From an uncultured Thermococci archaeon (lineage in GTDB: Archaea; Methanobacteriota_B; Thermococci; Methanofastidiosales; B48-G16): a stretch of DNA of 64,000 nucleotides. The notes below the pieces were generated by a model that was given only the letters and a program-made list of their open reading frames with translations, was not told the origin of the DNA and ran no database searches. Below, in pieces: positions 40,305 through 49,166 of the stretch (positions within the stretch are counted from its first letter, which is position 1; each line of letters opens with the position of its first letter). The position numbers were made by a program, and so were the translations under genes. The DNA lies in assembly GCA_964595645.1 (NCBI GenBank), contig CAZQQT010000001.1, positions 128,001 through 192,000 of the forward strand, given 5' to 3'.

Positions 40305-40574
40305 ATGAACCTGCGAAAGAATGAAAAGAAGGAACTCAAAGAGCACGGTTACTCACAAAAACAGATTCAGGAGCTTAGGGAGACATCAATGACTTTAAAA
40401 GAGCTCAAACACGAGCTCAAGGACATCTACAACGAACCTCTTTCTCATATGGATCAGACGGATAGGATGGTCGCTCCGTGTTCCCACTGTCGGCAACATA
40501 CCGTCTTTCGGAAGATTGAGTGTGAGGCGTTCTCTGACTATTTTTGTAGTCGTTGCGGAGAAATTAAGCGGTAG
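40305..40574 (+). CDS. Small protein with C-terminal zinc ribbon
   Basis: CSHC...CSRC; AAGGAG upstream of ATG 40305. Confidence 0.6.
   Translation: MNLRKNEKKELKEHGYSQKQIQELRETSMTLKELKHELKDIYNEPLSHMDQTDRMVAPCSHCRQHTVFRKIECEAFSDYFCSRCGEIKR
40517..40570 (+). repeat. 54-bp direct repeat, copy 1
   Basis: TGAGTGTGAGGCG...AAATTAAGCG identical to 41328-41381. Confidence 0.95.
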
Positions 40575-40578
40575 AGGA

Positions 40579-41031
40579 TCAATGGTTTTCTTCAGGATTT
40601 ATAATCTCAAAATATTTTTCGGCTACATTACACAGTTTCTTGTCAGCACATACAACTATCGGTTTAAACCTTTCAATATCATCAACAGCTGCTAGTTGCA
40701 AAGAATCAAGTGTTCTTACATTATCCTTTAAAATGAAATCGAGGCTTTTCTTAAAGTGTATTTCATTAAGTTCAATGATAATGTACCTTTTTATGACGTC
40801 TGAATAAAATTTGGACAGCACTATGTCCAATTCAGTAGATGATATTTTTCTTTCATTTTTCTTTCTTACAAAAGCAGATGTCGTTTCTATAATTGTCAGG
40901 TTAGAAATGATGATAACGCTATTTTTTCCTTTTATTATTTTATCAACAATTTTTGAGCCTTTTTCCTCATGGTATCGCTTAATAAGAGCTGAGGTATCAA
41001 AAAAGTAGAATTCTAAATTCTCAGCATTCAT
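40579..41031 (-). CDS. vapC: VapC PIN-domain toxin
   Basis: FFDTSALIKRY..E.GS, E, RTLDSLQLA, CADK. Confidence 0.9.
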   Translation of the reverse strand: MNAENLEFYFFDTSALIKRYHEEKGSKIVDKIIKGKNSVIIISNLTIIETTSAFVRKKNERKISSTELDIVLSKFYSDVIKRYIIIELNEIHFKKSLDFILKDNVRTLDSLQLAAVDDIERFKPIVVCADKKLCNVAEKYFEIINPEENH

Positions 41032-41234
41032 GTTCTTTTATTCCTTTCTTTCACGATTTCTTCTGCCATTTCTGTATCTATTTTTGAGAGTATTTTCCTT
41101 ACTTTCTCTATATCTTCATCCTTTGCCATTTTTTTTATGTATTCTAACAGAGGACTCTCCTTTGGTTTTTTCAGTAAAGTTTCTATTTCTTCTCTCGACA
41201 CAGTGTATTTTTTGTGTTTTTTAGTGAGGTCCAT
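41028..41234 (-). CDS. Putative VapB antitoxin
   Basis: Small charged ORF with ATGA overlap onto vapC; tail MAEEIVKER. Confidence 0.7.
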   Translation of the reverse strand: MDLTKKHKKYTVSREEIETLLKKPKESPLLEYIKKMAKDEDIEKVRKILSKIDTEMAEEIVKERNKRT

Positions 41235-41327
41235 TTTTTTCACCGCTTCATATCTTTTACACACAAATGTTTTTTAATGTTGTGTGTGTGGAAAAATTGC
41301 TCTGAGAAAAAAAATATCTAGGAAGAG

Positions 41328-41381
41328 TGAGTGTGAGGCGTTCTCTGACTATTTTTGTAGTCGTTGCGGAGAAATTAAGCG
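41328..41381 (+). repeat. 54-bp direct repeat, copy 2
   Basis: Identical to 40517-40570. Confidence 0.95.
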
Positions 41382-41433
41382 TTAATTACCCTTTTAAGAT
41401 ATTTCACATATTAAAAAAGAAAAAAAGATAATC

Positions 41434-41667
41434 TCAAAGTTTTAATACTAAGTCTCCTTTCTTTACTTTACCAGGCGTTTTTATCATTATTGATCCTTCG
41501 CCACGTTTTGCTTTCGTTACTTTGTCACTAGCTTTCATAATTTCTGCTTCGAATTCCATATCACCGATTTTCAGCTTGTCTCCTTCCTTAAAATCTACCA
41601 TCACATCGATTCCAGCCATACCTTTATCTGAAAAATACGTGTGAACTTCTCCTACTTTCGTTGCCAT
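41434..41667 (-). CDS. Small beta-barrel protein (EF-Tu domain II / U32 peptidase C-terminal-like)
   Basis: VGEVHTYFS...GD.LKI...VKKGD.V pattern; GGTGA RBS. Confidence 0.55.
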   Translation of the reverse strand: MATKVGEVHTYFSDKGMAGIDVMVDFKEGDKLKIGDMEFEAEIMKASDKVTKAKRGEGSIMIKTPGKVKKGDLVLKL

Positions 41668-41897
41668 TTATTTCACCATATCTTTATTTACCCTTGGATT
41701 TATATAGCTTTGCTTTATCAAATTATGATGCAACTAGGTACATGTATCCCTAGTAATCTATCTTCTTATAATACCTCGGGCATTGCACTACTCATGCATG
41801 AACACTACATTAGATATGTTGTGGGAACTGAAACCTTTTTAAGGTACACCATAGAGTAAAACATGGTACGTAGATTATAGAGCAAAACGTGGTGTAA

Positions 41898-43274
41898 ATG
41901 CAAACGAAAGTGGCCATTATCGGTGCCGGCCCATCAGGGCTTTTTGCAGCGCGGGAGTTGATAGAACAGGGTGTAGCGTGCCTGGTAATCGAGTCGGGGA
42001 AGGAAGCATTGGAGCGGGAATGTCCTGTGCCCGATAAGGATCTCTGCTTGAAGTGTAATCCCTGCCAGATCACTTCTGGTGTTGGAGGGGCCGGTGCGCT
42101 GTCCGACGGTAAGCTGAATCTCACGTATAAAATAGGGGGAAATCCTGCAGCGTTAAAACGGACGCCCGATGAGATTCAGAATCTCATCGACTACGTGGAC
42201 AAAATTTTTCTAGAGCACGGCGTGGAAGATAGTACTTACGGCGAGGATGGCGAGTCGTTGGAAAATTTAGAGCGAAAGGCGAGCAAGAATGGAATAGAAT
42301 TTATTGCTGGAAAACAGCGACATATTGGAAGTGACAGGACGAAACAAGTGGTGGATAACTTTTATCAAAGTTTAAAATCTAAAGGAGTAAAATTTTTACT
42401 AAATACAAAAATTTCAAAGATTGAGAAGAATAGACATTCATTTACCCTTCATAACGACGGGAAAAATATCGAAGCAGAGTATCTGATTGCAGCGCCAGGG
42501 AGAGCAGGTGCGTACTGGTTGCGTTCTCAGGCCTATAACCTCGGCGTGATCTCGCGGTACGGTCCCATCGATGTAGGTATTCGGATCGAGTTCCCCTCTA
42601 CCATCTACAAACCCATCGCTAGCGTGATGTACGACGCGAAGTTCAGACTCTTTACCCGCACCTACGATGATATGGTTCGTACCTTCTGTACGAACCCCGA
42701 GGGCTTTGTCACCGAGGAGAAGTACGACGGGTTTGTTCTCGTCAACGGCCACGCGAAAAAGAAGGAGAAATCTGAGAACACCAATCTGGCACTTCTCTCC
42801 CGCGTAAACCTCACCGATCCCGTGGAGGATACCACGAAGTACGGTCGTTCCATCGCGAAACTTGCTACCACTATCGGTGGGGGGAAGCCTATACTCCAGC
42901 GGTACAAGGATTTTATTAAGGGGAGACGGTCCACCTGGCACAGAATCAATAAAGGGCTTGTGAAACCGACGCTCCGAAATGTCACTCCGGGAGATATTTC
43001 CATGGCCATGCCTCATCGGATCGTCCTTAATCTCAAGGAAGCGTTTCAGCGGCTCAACTCAGTCATTGAAGGCATCGCTTCCGATTCCACACTGCTCTAC
43101 GCACCGGAGATAAAGTTCTACGATACGAAGTATCCCACCACGAAGTTCATGGAGAGCAATGTCGACAATATGTACATCTGTGGCGATGCGTCTGGACGTT
43201 CCCGGGGAATTATCTACGCTGCGGTCACCGGTGTACTGGCGGCGAGGGGTATCCTTCAGAAGGAGGGAGCGTAG
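41898..43274 (+). CDS. FAD-dependent oxidoreductase (uncharacterised family)
   Basis: IGAGPSG, GGAGALSDGK, RHIGSD, RTFC.NP.G, VNGH, GD.SG. Confidence 0.85.
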   Translation: MQTKVAIIGAGPSGLFAARELIEQGVACLVIESGKEALERECPVPDKDLCLKCNPCQITSGVGGAGALSDGKLNLTYKIGGNPAALKRTPDEIQNLIDYVDKIFLEHGVEDSTYGEDGESLENLERKASKNGIEFIAGKQRHIGSDRTKQVVDNFYQSLKSKGVKFLLNTKISKIEKNRHSFTLHNDGKNIEAEYLIAAPGRAGAYWLRSQAYNLGVISRYGPIDVGIRIEFPSTIYKPIASVMYDAKFRLFTRTYDDMVRTFCTNPEGFVTEEKYDGFVLVNGHAKKKEKSENTNLALLSRVNLTDPVEDTTKYGRSIAKLATTIGGGKPILQRYKDFIKGRRSTWHRINKGLVKPTLRNVTPGDISMAMPHRIVLNLKEAFQRLNSVIEGIASDSTLLYAPEIKFYDTKYPTTKFMESNVDNMYICGDASGRSRGIIYAAVTGVLAARGILQKEGA

Positions 43275-44035
43275 TGGACTTACGCGAAATTCAGAAGCGA
43301 ATTGAGAAGTTCGACGAAAAAAGAGGGTGGGATAAGTTCCCACCATCGCTCGTGCTCTCACACATTCTCGAGGAACTCGGAGAGATATCACGGTATATTC
43401 AGTTTGAGGAAGGATACAAAAAAGAGGGTATCGGCCACGAGTACAATGTGAAGGAATTGAAACGCGAGTTTGGCCAGGTGCTCGCACTTCTCTCTCAGCT
43501 CGCACTCCACTACGACATCGATCTCGAAGACGCCATTCTCGACGAGCTTGAGATTATGGAAACGCGATTTTCACCAGAGGAGTGGAGAACGTATATGGAT
43601 CAGTACGAGCCGCATTACCGTATCAAAAATGTGGTAACAGCTTTTTTGATGCATCACGATACTGTTCTGGTACTCAGACGTAGCACTGAGGTTTCCACCT
43701 ACATGGAACGATGGGCTGGAATATCGGGGACTATCGAGAATGAAGATCCCATTGACGCTGCGTATCGAGAAATTTTTGAGGAGACAAAGCTCAAAAAGGA
43801 CGATGTGCAGTTAATGAGCAGTGGGGAGGTAGTTACGGTACGGGACGATGAGTTGAGTACAATTTTTTACGTCCATCCCTTTTTGTTCGAACTAAAAAAG
43901 AAGAAGGACCTTGCACTTAACTTTGAGCATACAGAGTACCGTTGGGTGGACAAAACAGAGCTGGATAGGTTGGACACAGTTCCAAAACTCAAGGAAGCGT
44001 TGGAGACATGTTTGAAGAAGAATTCTTTCGGTTAA
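43274..44035 (+). CDS. MazG-like NTP pyrophosphatase fused to NUDIX hydrolase
   Basis: RGW...EELGEI...E (MazG) then G.SG.IE...AAYREIFEET (Nudix box), EH.EY.W. Confidence 0.8.
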   Translation: MDLREIQKRIEKFDEKRGWDKFPPSLVLSHILEELGEISRYIQFEEGYKKEGIGHEYNVKELKREFGQVLALLSQLALHYDIDLEDAILDELEIMETRFSPEEWRTYMDQYEPHYRIKNVVTAFLMHHDTVLVLRRSTEVSTYMERWAGISGTIENEDPIDAAYREIFEETKLKKDDVQLMSSGEVVTVRDDELSTIFYVHPFLFELKKKKDLALNFEHTEYRWVDKTELDRLDTVPKLKEALETCLKKNSFG

Positions 44036-44619
44036 TTCATACTCGTGAGTTTAAAAAGATGCAGGAGTTTCAGCAAAAGATAGCTGCGCACGTCGATAGA
44101 GCGTACCACGAGGTGAAGAAGCTCTATGGCGCAGATGTTGCGTACAAAGGGAGTAAGGCAGTGGCTGCTGTGGTATCGGAGGATTCTGAGGCGTACAAGG
44201 TAAAGGAGGTACGGTTTCCCTATGTGTCTACCTACTTTGCCTTCAGAGAGCTTCCTGTACTGTGGGATCTTCTTCAGGACTGTGATGGGTGCGTGATTTT
44301 TGATGGTCACGGGCAGCTCCATCCACGAAGAGCTGGGCTCGCTACCATGGCAGGCGTCATGCTGGGAAAACAGACGATTGGGACAGCAAAGGCTCTCATT
44401 TGTGGAGAAGTGCGGGAGAGGTACGTGTATGAAGGCGATGAAGTTATTGGGAAGGTGCTCACTGTGGAAAACGCAGAAAACCCGCTTTACGTCTCTATAG
44501 GAAATAAAGTTACTCTGGAACAAGCCTATAGTATTGTATCTGAAAACTGTGTGCACAGAACGCCGGAGCTGGTGAGAAAGGCGCACATAGTAGCTACTCA
44601 GATTGCAAAACGTATATAA
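44008..44619 (+). CDS. nfi: Endonuclease V
   Basis: GADVAY, FPYVS.YFAFRE, DGHG.LHPRR.GLA, YVSIG. Confidence 0.9.
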   Translation: MFEEEFFRLIHTREFKKMQEFQQKIAAHVDRAYHEVKKLYGADVAYKGSKAVAAVVSEDSEAYKVKEVRFPYVSTYFAFRELPVLWDLLQDCDGCVIFDGHGQLHPRRAGLATMAGVMLGKQTIGTAKALICGEVRERYVYEGDEVIGKVLTVENAENPLYVSIGNKVTLEQAYSIVSENCVHRTPELVRKAHIVATQIAKRI

Positions 44620-45520
44620 ACCGTGTGAGGCTCCTGTGCATTCTCATCTTCTCCGTATCGAGAATGGTGAATCCCAACCGTTCAAACTCGTACTCTCTAT
44701 CCATCACTACACAGGCCCGTTCGGAAACTCCGTAGATTTTCTCAAAGGCATTCTCATACAGATCTTTTTTCCGTTTCGTCGATCGTCCATATGGGACATC
44801 AGTAGCCACACTTTCCACACTCTGGAAGTACGAGTCCAGCTGTTCGGCGTCACCCTGCAGTATTGTAGAGTCTTTTACCTCATAGCGTTCGAGGTTTTTC
44901 TTGCATCCTTCCACCATTTTCTCCTCAATATCCAGCCCGTAGACCGTTAATCCCATCAATCCTGCCTCGATGAGGATTCCTCCCGTACCACAGAAAGGAT
45001 CGAGCACCTCTGTTCGTGCGCCGGCAAGGTTTACCAGCGCGCGTGCATACTTCGGATGGAGCGATGAAGGATGGAAGTACGGCCTAAACTGGGGTTTTCT
45101 CTCCTCATAACCGCTTCTATCGATATCCACCAGCGTTCTCCCCTTGTAGAGTGTGTCGGTGTACAGACAGTATATTTCATTGTCGGGATTCTCGAGATCC
45201 GTGGTGAGCGAGGGATTGCGTCGCTGTACCTCATCGGCAATCTCTTTTTCAAGAGAGGGGTCTGCCTTCCGCCTTCCCAGCGACTGCACCCGTACGGCGA
45301 AGGTACCCTCGAGGCTGATGTCATCATCCAGGTATTCCAATACCTTGTGACAGAGTCCGAGTCTAGAAAATGCAGCAGGATCGATATCCGTCTCTGCCAT
45401 CATGAGCTGACCGTCGCATTCGAGAATCTGGTGGTCCTTGTCCAGTCTGGTGAGAAGATAAATGATCTCCTTCTGTGAGAGCGATACGTGTTCTCCAGAG
45501 AGGTAAAATAACAGCTTCAT
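44594..45520 (-). CDS. tRNA (guanine10-N2)-methyltransferase, Trm11-like
   Basis: THUMP, RP.FHP.SLHP..ARA.VN, DPFCGTG, DVPYGRS, HRSL.R. Confidence 0.88.
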   Translation of the reverse strand: MKLLFYLSGEHVSLSQKEIIYLLTRLDKDHQILECDGQLMMAETDIDPAAFSRLGLCHKVLEYLDDDISLEGTFAVRVQSLGRRKADPSLEKEIADEVQRRNPSLTTDLENPDNEIYCLYTDTLYKGRTLVDIDRSGYEERKPQFRPYFHPSSLHPKYARALVNLAGARTEVLDPFCGTGGILIEAGLMGLTVYGLDIEEKMVEGCKKNLERYEVKDSTILQGDAEQLDSYFQSVESVATDVPYGRSTKRKKDLYENAFEKIYGVSERACVVMDREYEFERLGFTILDTEKMRMHRSLTRFIYVLQSE

Positions 45521-46428
45521 TGTACCACTTTGGCTACAAACATGCCGTGAGTATCGTGAATGTGTGGGAGGAACCGTTTGCACTTCCGTACTTCACTATC
45601 CAGTGCTTTTCCAAGGGGGTGTTGGAACCCATCCACAAGTTTTTCTCCATTAACAACGGTATTCACCTCCTCCAACGAGATATCGAAGGTCCGCAGTGCC
45701 CAGTCGATGACATGCTCATTCTCCTCTGGCTCAAAACTACACGTACAGTAGAGAAGTTCCCCTCCTTCTTCCAGCGCGTTAATACCCGTTCTCAACAGCC
45801 TTTTTTGCATTCTCTGGCAGAATTGAATATCCTCCATACTCCGCGAGTACTTTCTCGTGGGATCTTTTCGAATAATTCCAGAGCCCGTACACGGCGCGTC
45901 CAAGAGAATGTGCGAGGATTTTTGTGTGAGCGCTGTGGCGTCCTTTTCGAACACCACGCAGTTTTTTACTCCCATTCGCTGGAGGTTGTTTTTTAACGCC
46001 TCGATTTTATTTACATCATATGCGAGGATCGCTCCTTCGTTCCGCATGATTTCAGCGATCTGCGTTGTTTTTCCTCCCGGCGCCGCACACATGTCTATTA
46101 CCAGATCCTCATGGATATCAAAAAAGGGGACGATATTCATCTCTGCTTCCCCCTGGATGTAGAAGTACCCGAAGAGGTGTTCGGGACAGGAGCTGATGGA
46201 AAATGGTGAGGAGATAATTCTGAATCCATGAGAAATTTCTTTGAGTTGGACCCCTCGTTTTCGAAGTCTTCTTCCAAGCTCTTCTTTTGAAATTTTTAGG
46301 GTGTTTACTCTTATACATGTATTTTCTCGTTCATTTGCCTTTAAAAAAGAATCAATATCTTTAAAAAGTTTTTTATATCTTTCTAAAAACTCTTGCCTGT
46401 ACTTATCGGTACATGCTTCCTCTGTCAT
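45517..46428 (-). CDS. RsmB/NOP2-family RNA m5C methyltransferase
   Basis: DMCAAPGGKT, LLDAPC, YCTCS..PEENE. Confidence 0.92.
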   Translation of the reverse strand: MTEEACTDKYRQEFLERYKKLFKDIDSFLKANERENTCIRVNTLKISKEELGRRLRKRGVQLKEISHGFRIISSPFSISSCPEHLFGYFYIQGEAEMNIVPFFDIHEDLVIDMCAAPGGKTTQIAEIMRNEGAILAYDVNKIEALKNNLQRMGVKNCVVFEKDATALTQKSSHILLDAPCTGSGIIRKDPTRKYSRSMEDIQFCQRMQKRLLRTGINALEEGGELLYCTCSFEPEENEHVIDWALRTFDISLEEVNTVVNGEKLVDGFQHPLGKALDSEVRKCKRFLPHIHDTHGMFVAKVVQ

Positions 46429-46906
46429 AGAATACCAGTTTGTCTAACTCCTGTGCCAGTTTCATATCTAGTTTTTTCTGGGATTTGGAGAGTTTCTGAA
46501 GTGGCGTGTCAGAAAATGCGATCGGCCCCTGAAAGACATATTCCTCATCAATATCGAAGAAGGATTTTGGCGATATCCGTAGTACTTCTTCCACTGTCGA
46601 CTGGGAGAGTTCTCCCTGTTCCTTCAATTCCTCGAGTATTTTTTTTATTTTTTCTTCGCTGAGAGGTCTCCAACCAAAATCAAATCCATGGTCGATTTCT
46701 TCTTTTGTTTTTATTTTCCCACCGAGGCCTATTTTTTTGTACGGTGTGAGTATCTCCGTTTTTAATTGCCAAAGATGTCCATTTTTGTAGATGTAGAGAT
46801 CTAATCGTGAGCCCCTTCTTGAGGCGGATACCTTCCAACCTTCCGGGTCATCGTTGTACTTTTTTGACACTTCTTTGTAGATTTCTTCGTCCTGCGTTAT
46901 CTTCAT
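46403..46906 (-). CDS. Hypothetical protein
   Basis: 167-aa ORF tightly packed in operon; no family recognised. Confidence 0.6.
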   Translation of the reverse strand: MKITQDEEIYKEVSKKYNDDPEGWKVSASRRGSRLDLYIYKNGHLWQLKTEILTPYKKIGLGGKIKTKEEIDHGFDFGWRPLSEEKIKKILEELKEQGELSQSTVEEVLRISPKSFFDIDEEYVFQGPIAFSDTPLQKLSKSQKKLDMKLAQELDKLVFYDRGSMYR

Positions 46907-46907
46907 T

Positions 46908-47690
46908 CTATCTACCCATTCGTCTATTTCTCCTTTGATACTCGCGCAGTATCCTTAAAAAATCTATCCTCCTGAAAAAAGGGAAGTATATCTCTGTGAA
47001 GAACAGTTCAGAGTACGCCGACTGGAAGAGAAGAAAGTTACTCAGTCTTACCTCTCCTCCTGTTCGTATCACGAGATCGGGATCCGGGAGCCCTTCTGTG
47101 TAAAGATTATTTTTTATCATCTCGAGGCTGATCTCTTCCGGCGCGACCCCCTTTTCCATGATTTTTTTTGCAGCCTCAAGAATTTCCACTCGTCCACCGT
47201 AGGCAATGCAGATGTTAAGTATTTTATTCTTGTAGTGTTTTGTTGCCTCTTCCGCCTTTTTTATGGAGTCCAGTACATCATCAGGTAAAAGTTCGAGTTT
47301 TCCTATGGCCTTTATCCGCACCTTGTTTTTGTGAATTCGTGTATCCGTAATAATCGACTCGAATTTCTTTTTAAAGAGGTCCATGATGTGCGCCACCTCC
47401 GTATCATCCCTCTTAAAATTCTCCGTTGAGAAGGCGTATACAGTAATAATATCGATACCAAGGTCATTTATCCAGTCCAACATCTCTTCAAGTTTATCAG
47501 CGCCCTTGCTGTGTCCCCTCCATGGATCCATTCCAAATAACTCAGCGTATCTCCTGTTTCCGTCCATGATGATTCCAATATGGTTCGGTACCTTTCCCTC
47601 TTTAACCTTTCTTTCAAGAATTTTTTCATACACCTTATATATAGGTTTTAATACCGTCGAAAGTGTGAGCTTGAGAATATTCATGATCAT
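46908..47690 (-). CDS. uppS: cis-prenyltransferase (UppS family)
   Basis: HIGIIMDGNRR, YAFSTENF.R, RTGGE.RLSNFL. Confidence 0.94.
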   Translation of the reverse strand: MIMNILKLTLSTVLKPIYKVYEKILERKVKEGKVPNHIGIIMDGNRRYAELFGMDPWRGHSKGADKLEEMLDWINDLGIDIITVYAFSTENFKRDDTEVAHIMDLFKKKFESIITDTRIHKNKVRIKAIGKLELLPDDVLDSIKKAEEATKHYKNKILNICIAYGGRVEILEAAKKIMEKGVAPEEISLEMIKNNLYTEGLPDPDLVIRTGGEVRLSNFLLFQSAYSELFFTEIYFPFFRRIDFLRILREYQRRNRRMGR

Positions 47691-48166
47691 TTCCGTTGGA
47701 TATACTCTCGTGAGAGCTTGTAGTATATTTCCGCATTTTTCTGTATTTTTTCCTGCCACGATTTATCCAGTGTTTTTACCACCTTTCCCGGGACACCGAG
47801 AACGAGCGAGTTGTCAGGGATCTCTTTCTCTTCAGGCACGAGTGCGTGTGCACCGATGACGCAGTGGCTTCCTATTGTTGTATTGTCCAGTATGGTGGCA
47901 TGCATACCGACTATCACATTGGATTGTACTGTACACCCGTGGAGTACTGCATTATGTCCCACCGAGACGAAATCTCCGATGGAGGTAGGGTTATGGATGG
48001 AGATATTATCCTGAATATTCGTATACTTTCCTATCTCTACTTTTCCTCTGTCTCCCCGGAGTGAGGCAAAGGGCCAGATACTTGAGTTCGCTCCTACTTC
48101 CACATCTCCGGTGATAAATGCCTTTTCATTTATGTACGCACTCTCATCTATCTGGGGATTCTTCAT
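47687..48166 (-). CDS. Gamma carbonic anhydrase-like hexapeptide-repeat protein
   Basis: RGD, NIQDN..IH, GH.A.LHG, G.PGK. Confidence 0.88.
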   Translation of the reverse strand: MKNPQIDESAYINEKAFITGDVEVGANSSIWPFASLRGDRGKVEIGKYTNIQDNISIHNPTSIGDFVSVGHNAVLHGCTVQSNVIVGMHATILDNTTIGSHCVIGAHALVPEEKEIPDNSLVLGVPGKVVKTLDKSWQEKIQKNAEIYYKLSREYIQRK

Positions 48167-48278
48167 ATTTGAGGTAGGTTCCACGAGTTTAAAAATGTAT
48201 TCCGGTTATATACCTTGAAACTTCCAACAGCTTTTTTCAACCCAATAAATATATAAACGTAACCATTGTAGTGCTTTT

Positions 48279-48761
48279 ATGAAGAGAAAGGTTAAAAATA
48301 TACTACGGAGATTTAAGGATTTTAAAAAGGTACATCTTAAAGGCGGTCTTTGGGGGGCTGCCGCAGGATTGTTTTGTGTCTTCCTCTGGTTCTACGTAGG
48401 ATTGCCATCCTTTTTAGTAGTTTTGGGTGGAGTTGTAGGTGTTTTTGCAGTAAGAAAAGAGATTAGACTCAACAATGTAGAAGGGTTAAAAATAGGGATT
48501 ATTTCAGCAGTCCCACCAGCTCTATACGTGCTCTTTGTGCTGGTAAAGGGAGCAAGCGATATTAAAGCGTACATTTTGAAGCATGGCGTGGAGGAATACA
48601 TAGAGAAGTACAACCTCACTGTTGAGGATGTCCAGGTCTTCGAAAAGAATGTGTTGGAACACACGTATACGGGAGCGTTTCAGTGGGCATTAATGGTATT
48701 TATCCTTATACTTACAGGAGCGTGGATAGGACTTATTTTCTTCAAACCGAGGAAGAAGTAA
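48279..48761 (+). CDS. Hypothetical membrane protein
   Basis: About four hydrophobic segments. Confidence 0.6.
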   Translation: MKRKVKNILRRFKDFKKVHLKGGLWGAAAGLFCVFLWFYVGLPSFLVVLGGVVGVFAVRKEIRLNNVEGLKIGIISAVPPALYVLFVLVKGASDIKAYILKHGVEEYIEKYNLTVEDVQVFEKNVLEHTYTGAFQWALMVFILILTGAWIGLIFFKPRKK

Positions 48762-49052
48762 TTATTCCATCATTCTCTTAATGTTTTCTTCTACTATTTC
48801 ATCTATAATATCGAGAAGTGCAAAAATTTTTTCGTTCACAATGAAGTAGTATACTGTCTTTCCCTTTCTTCTATTATCAACGATTCCTGCGTCTTTCAGG
48901 ATTCGCAGATGTTGGGACACATTTGATTGTGTGGTTCCGATTTTGGGCCTGATCTCTCCCACACTTTTTTCGCCATTTTTTAGAAAATTTATTATTCTTA
49001 ATCTATTCTTATCGGCCAGTGCCTTCAGGATCTGAAGCTTTATTCTTTTCAT
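48762..49052 (-). CDS. ArsR/SmtB regulator
   Basis: KALAD.NRLRI, QSNVSQHL.IL. Confidence 0.88.
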   Translation of the reverse strand: MKRIKLQILKALADKNRLRIINFLKNGEKSVGEIRPKIGTTQSNVSQHLRILKDAGIVDNRRKGKTVYYFIVNEKIFALLDIIDEIVEENIKRMME

Positions 49053-49166
49053 TACTAATAAATTTGTATTAATATGTATTTAAATTTTTTGGTACCACTC
49101 TCTTCAATATTGAGTGATTTTTTTCTATGCGTTAGTTTTTTATACTCCCATTGAAAGTTTTGTGTG

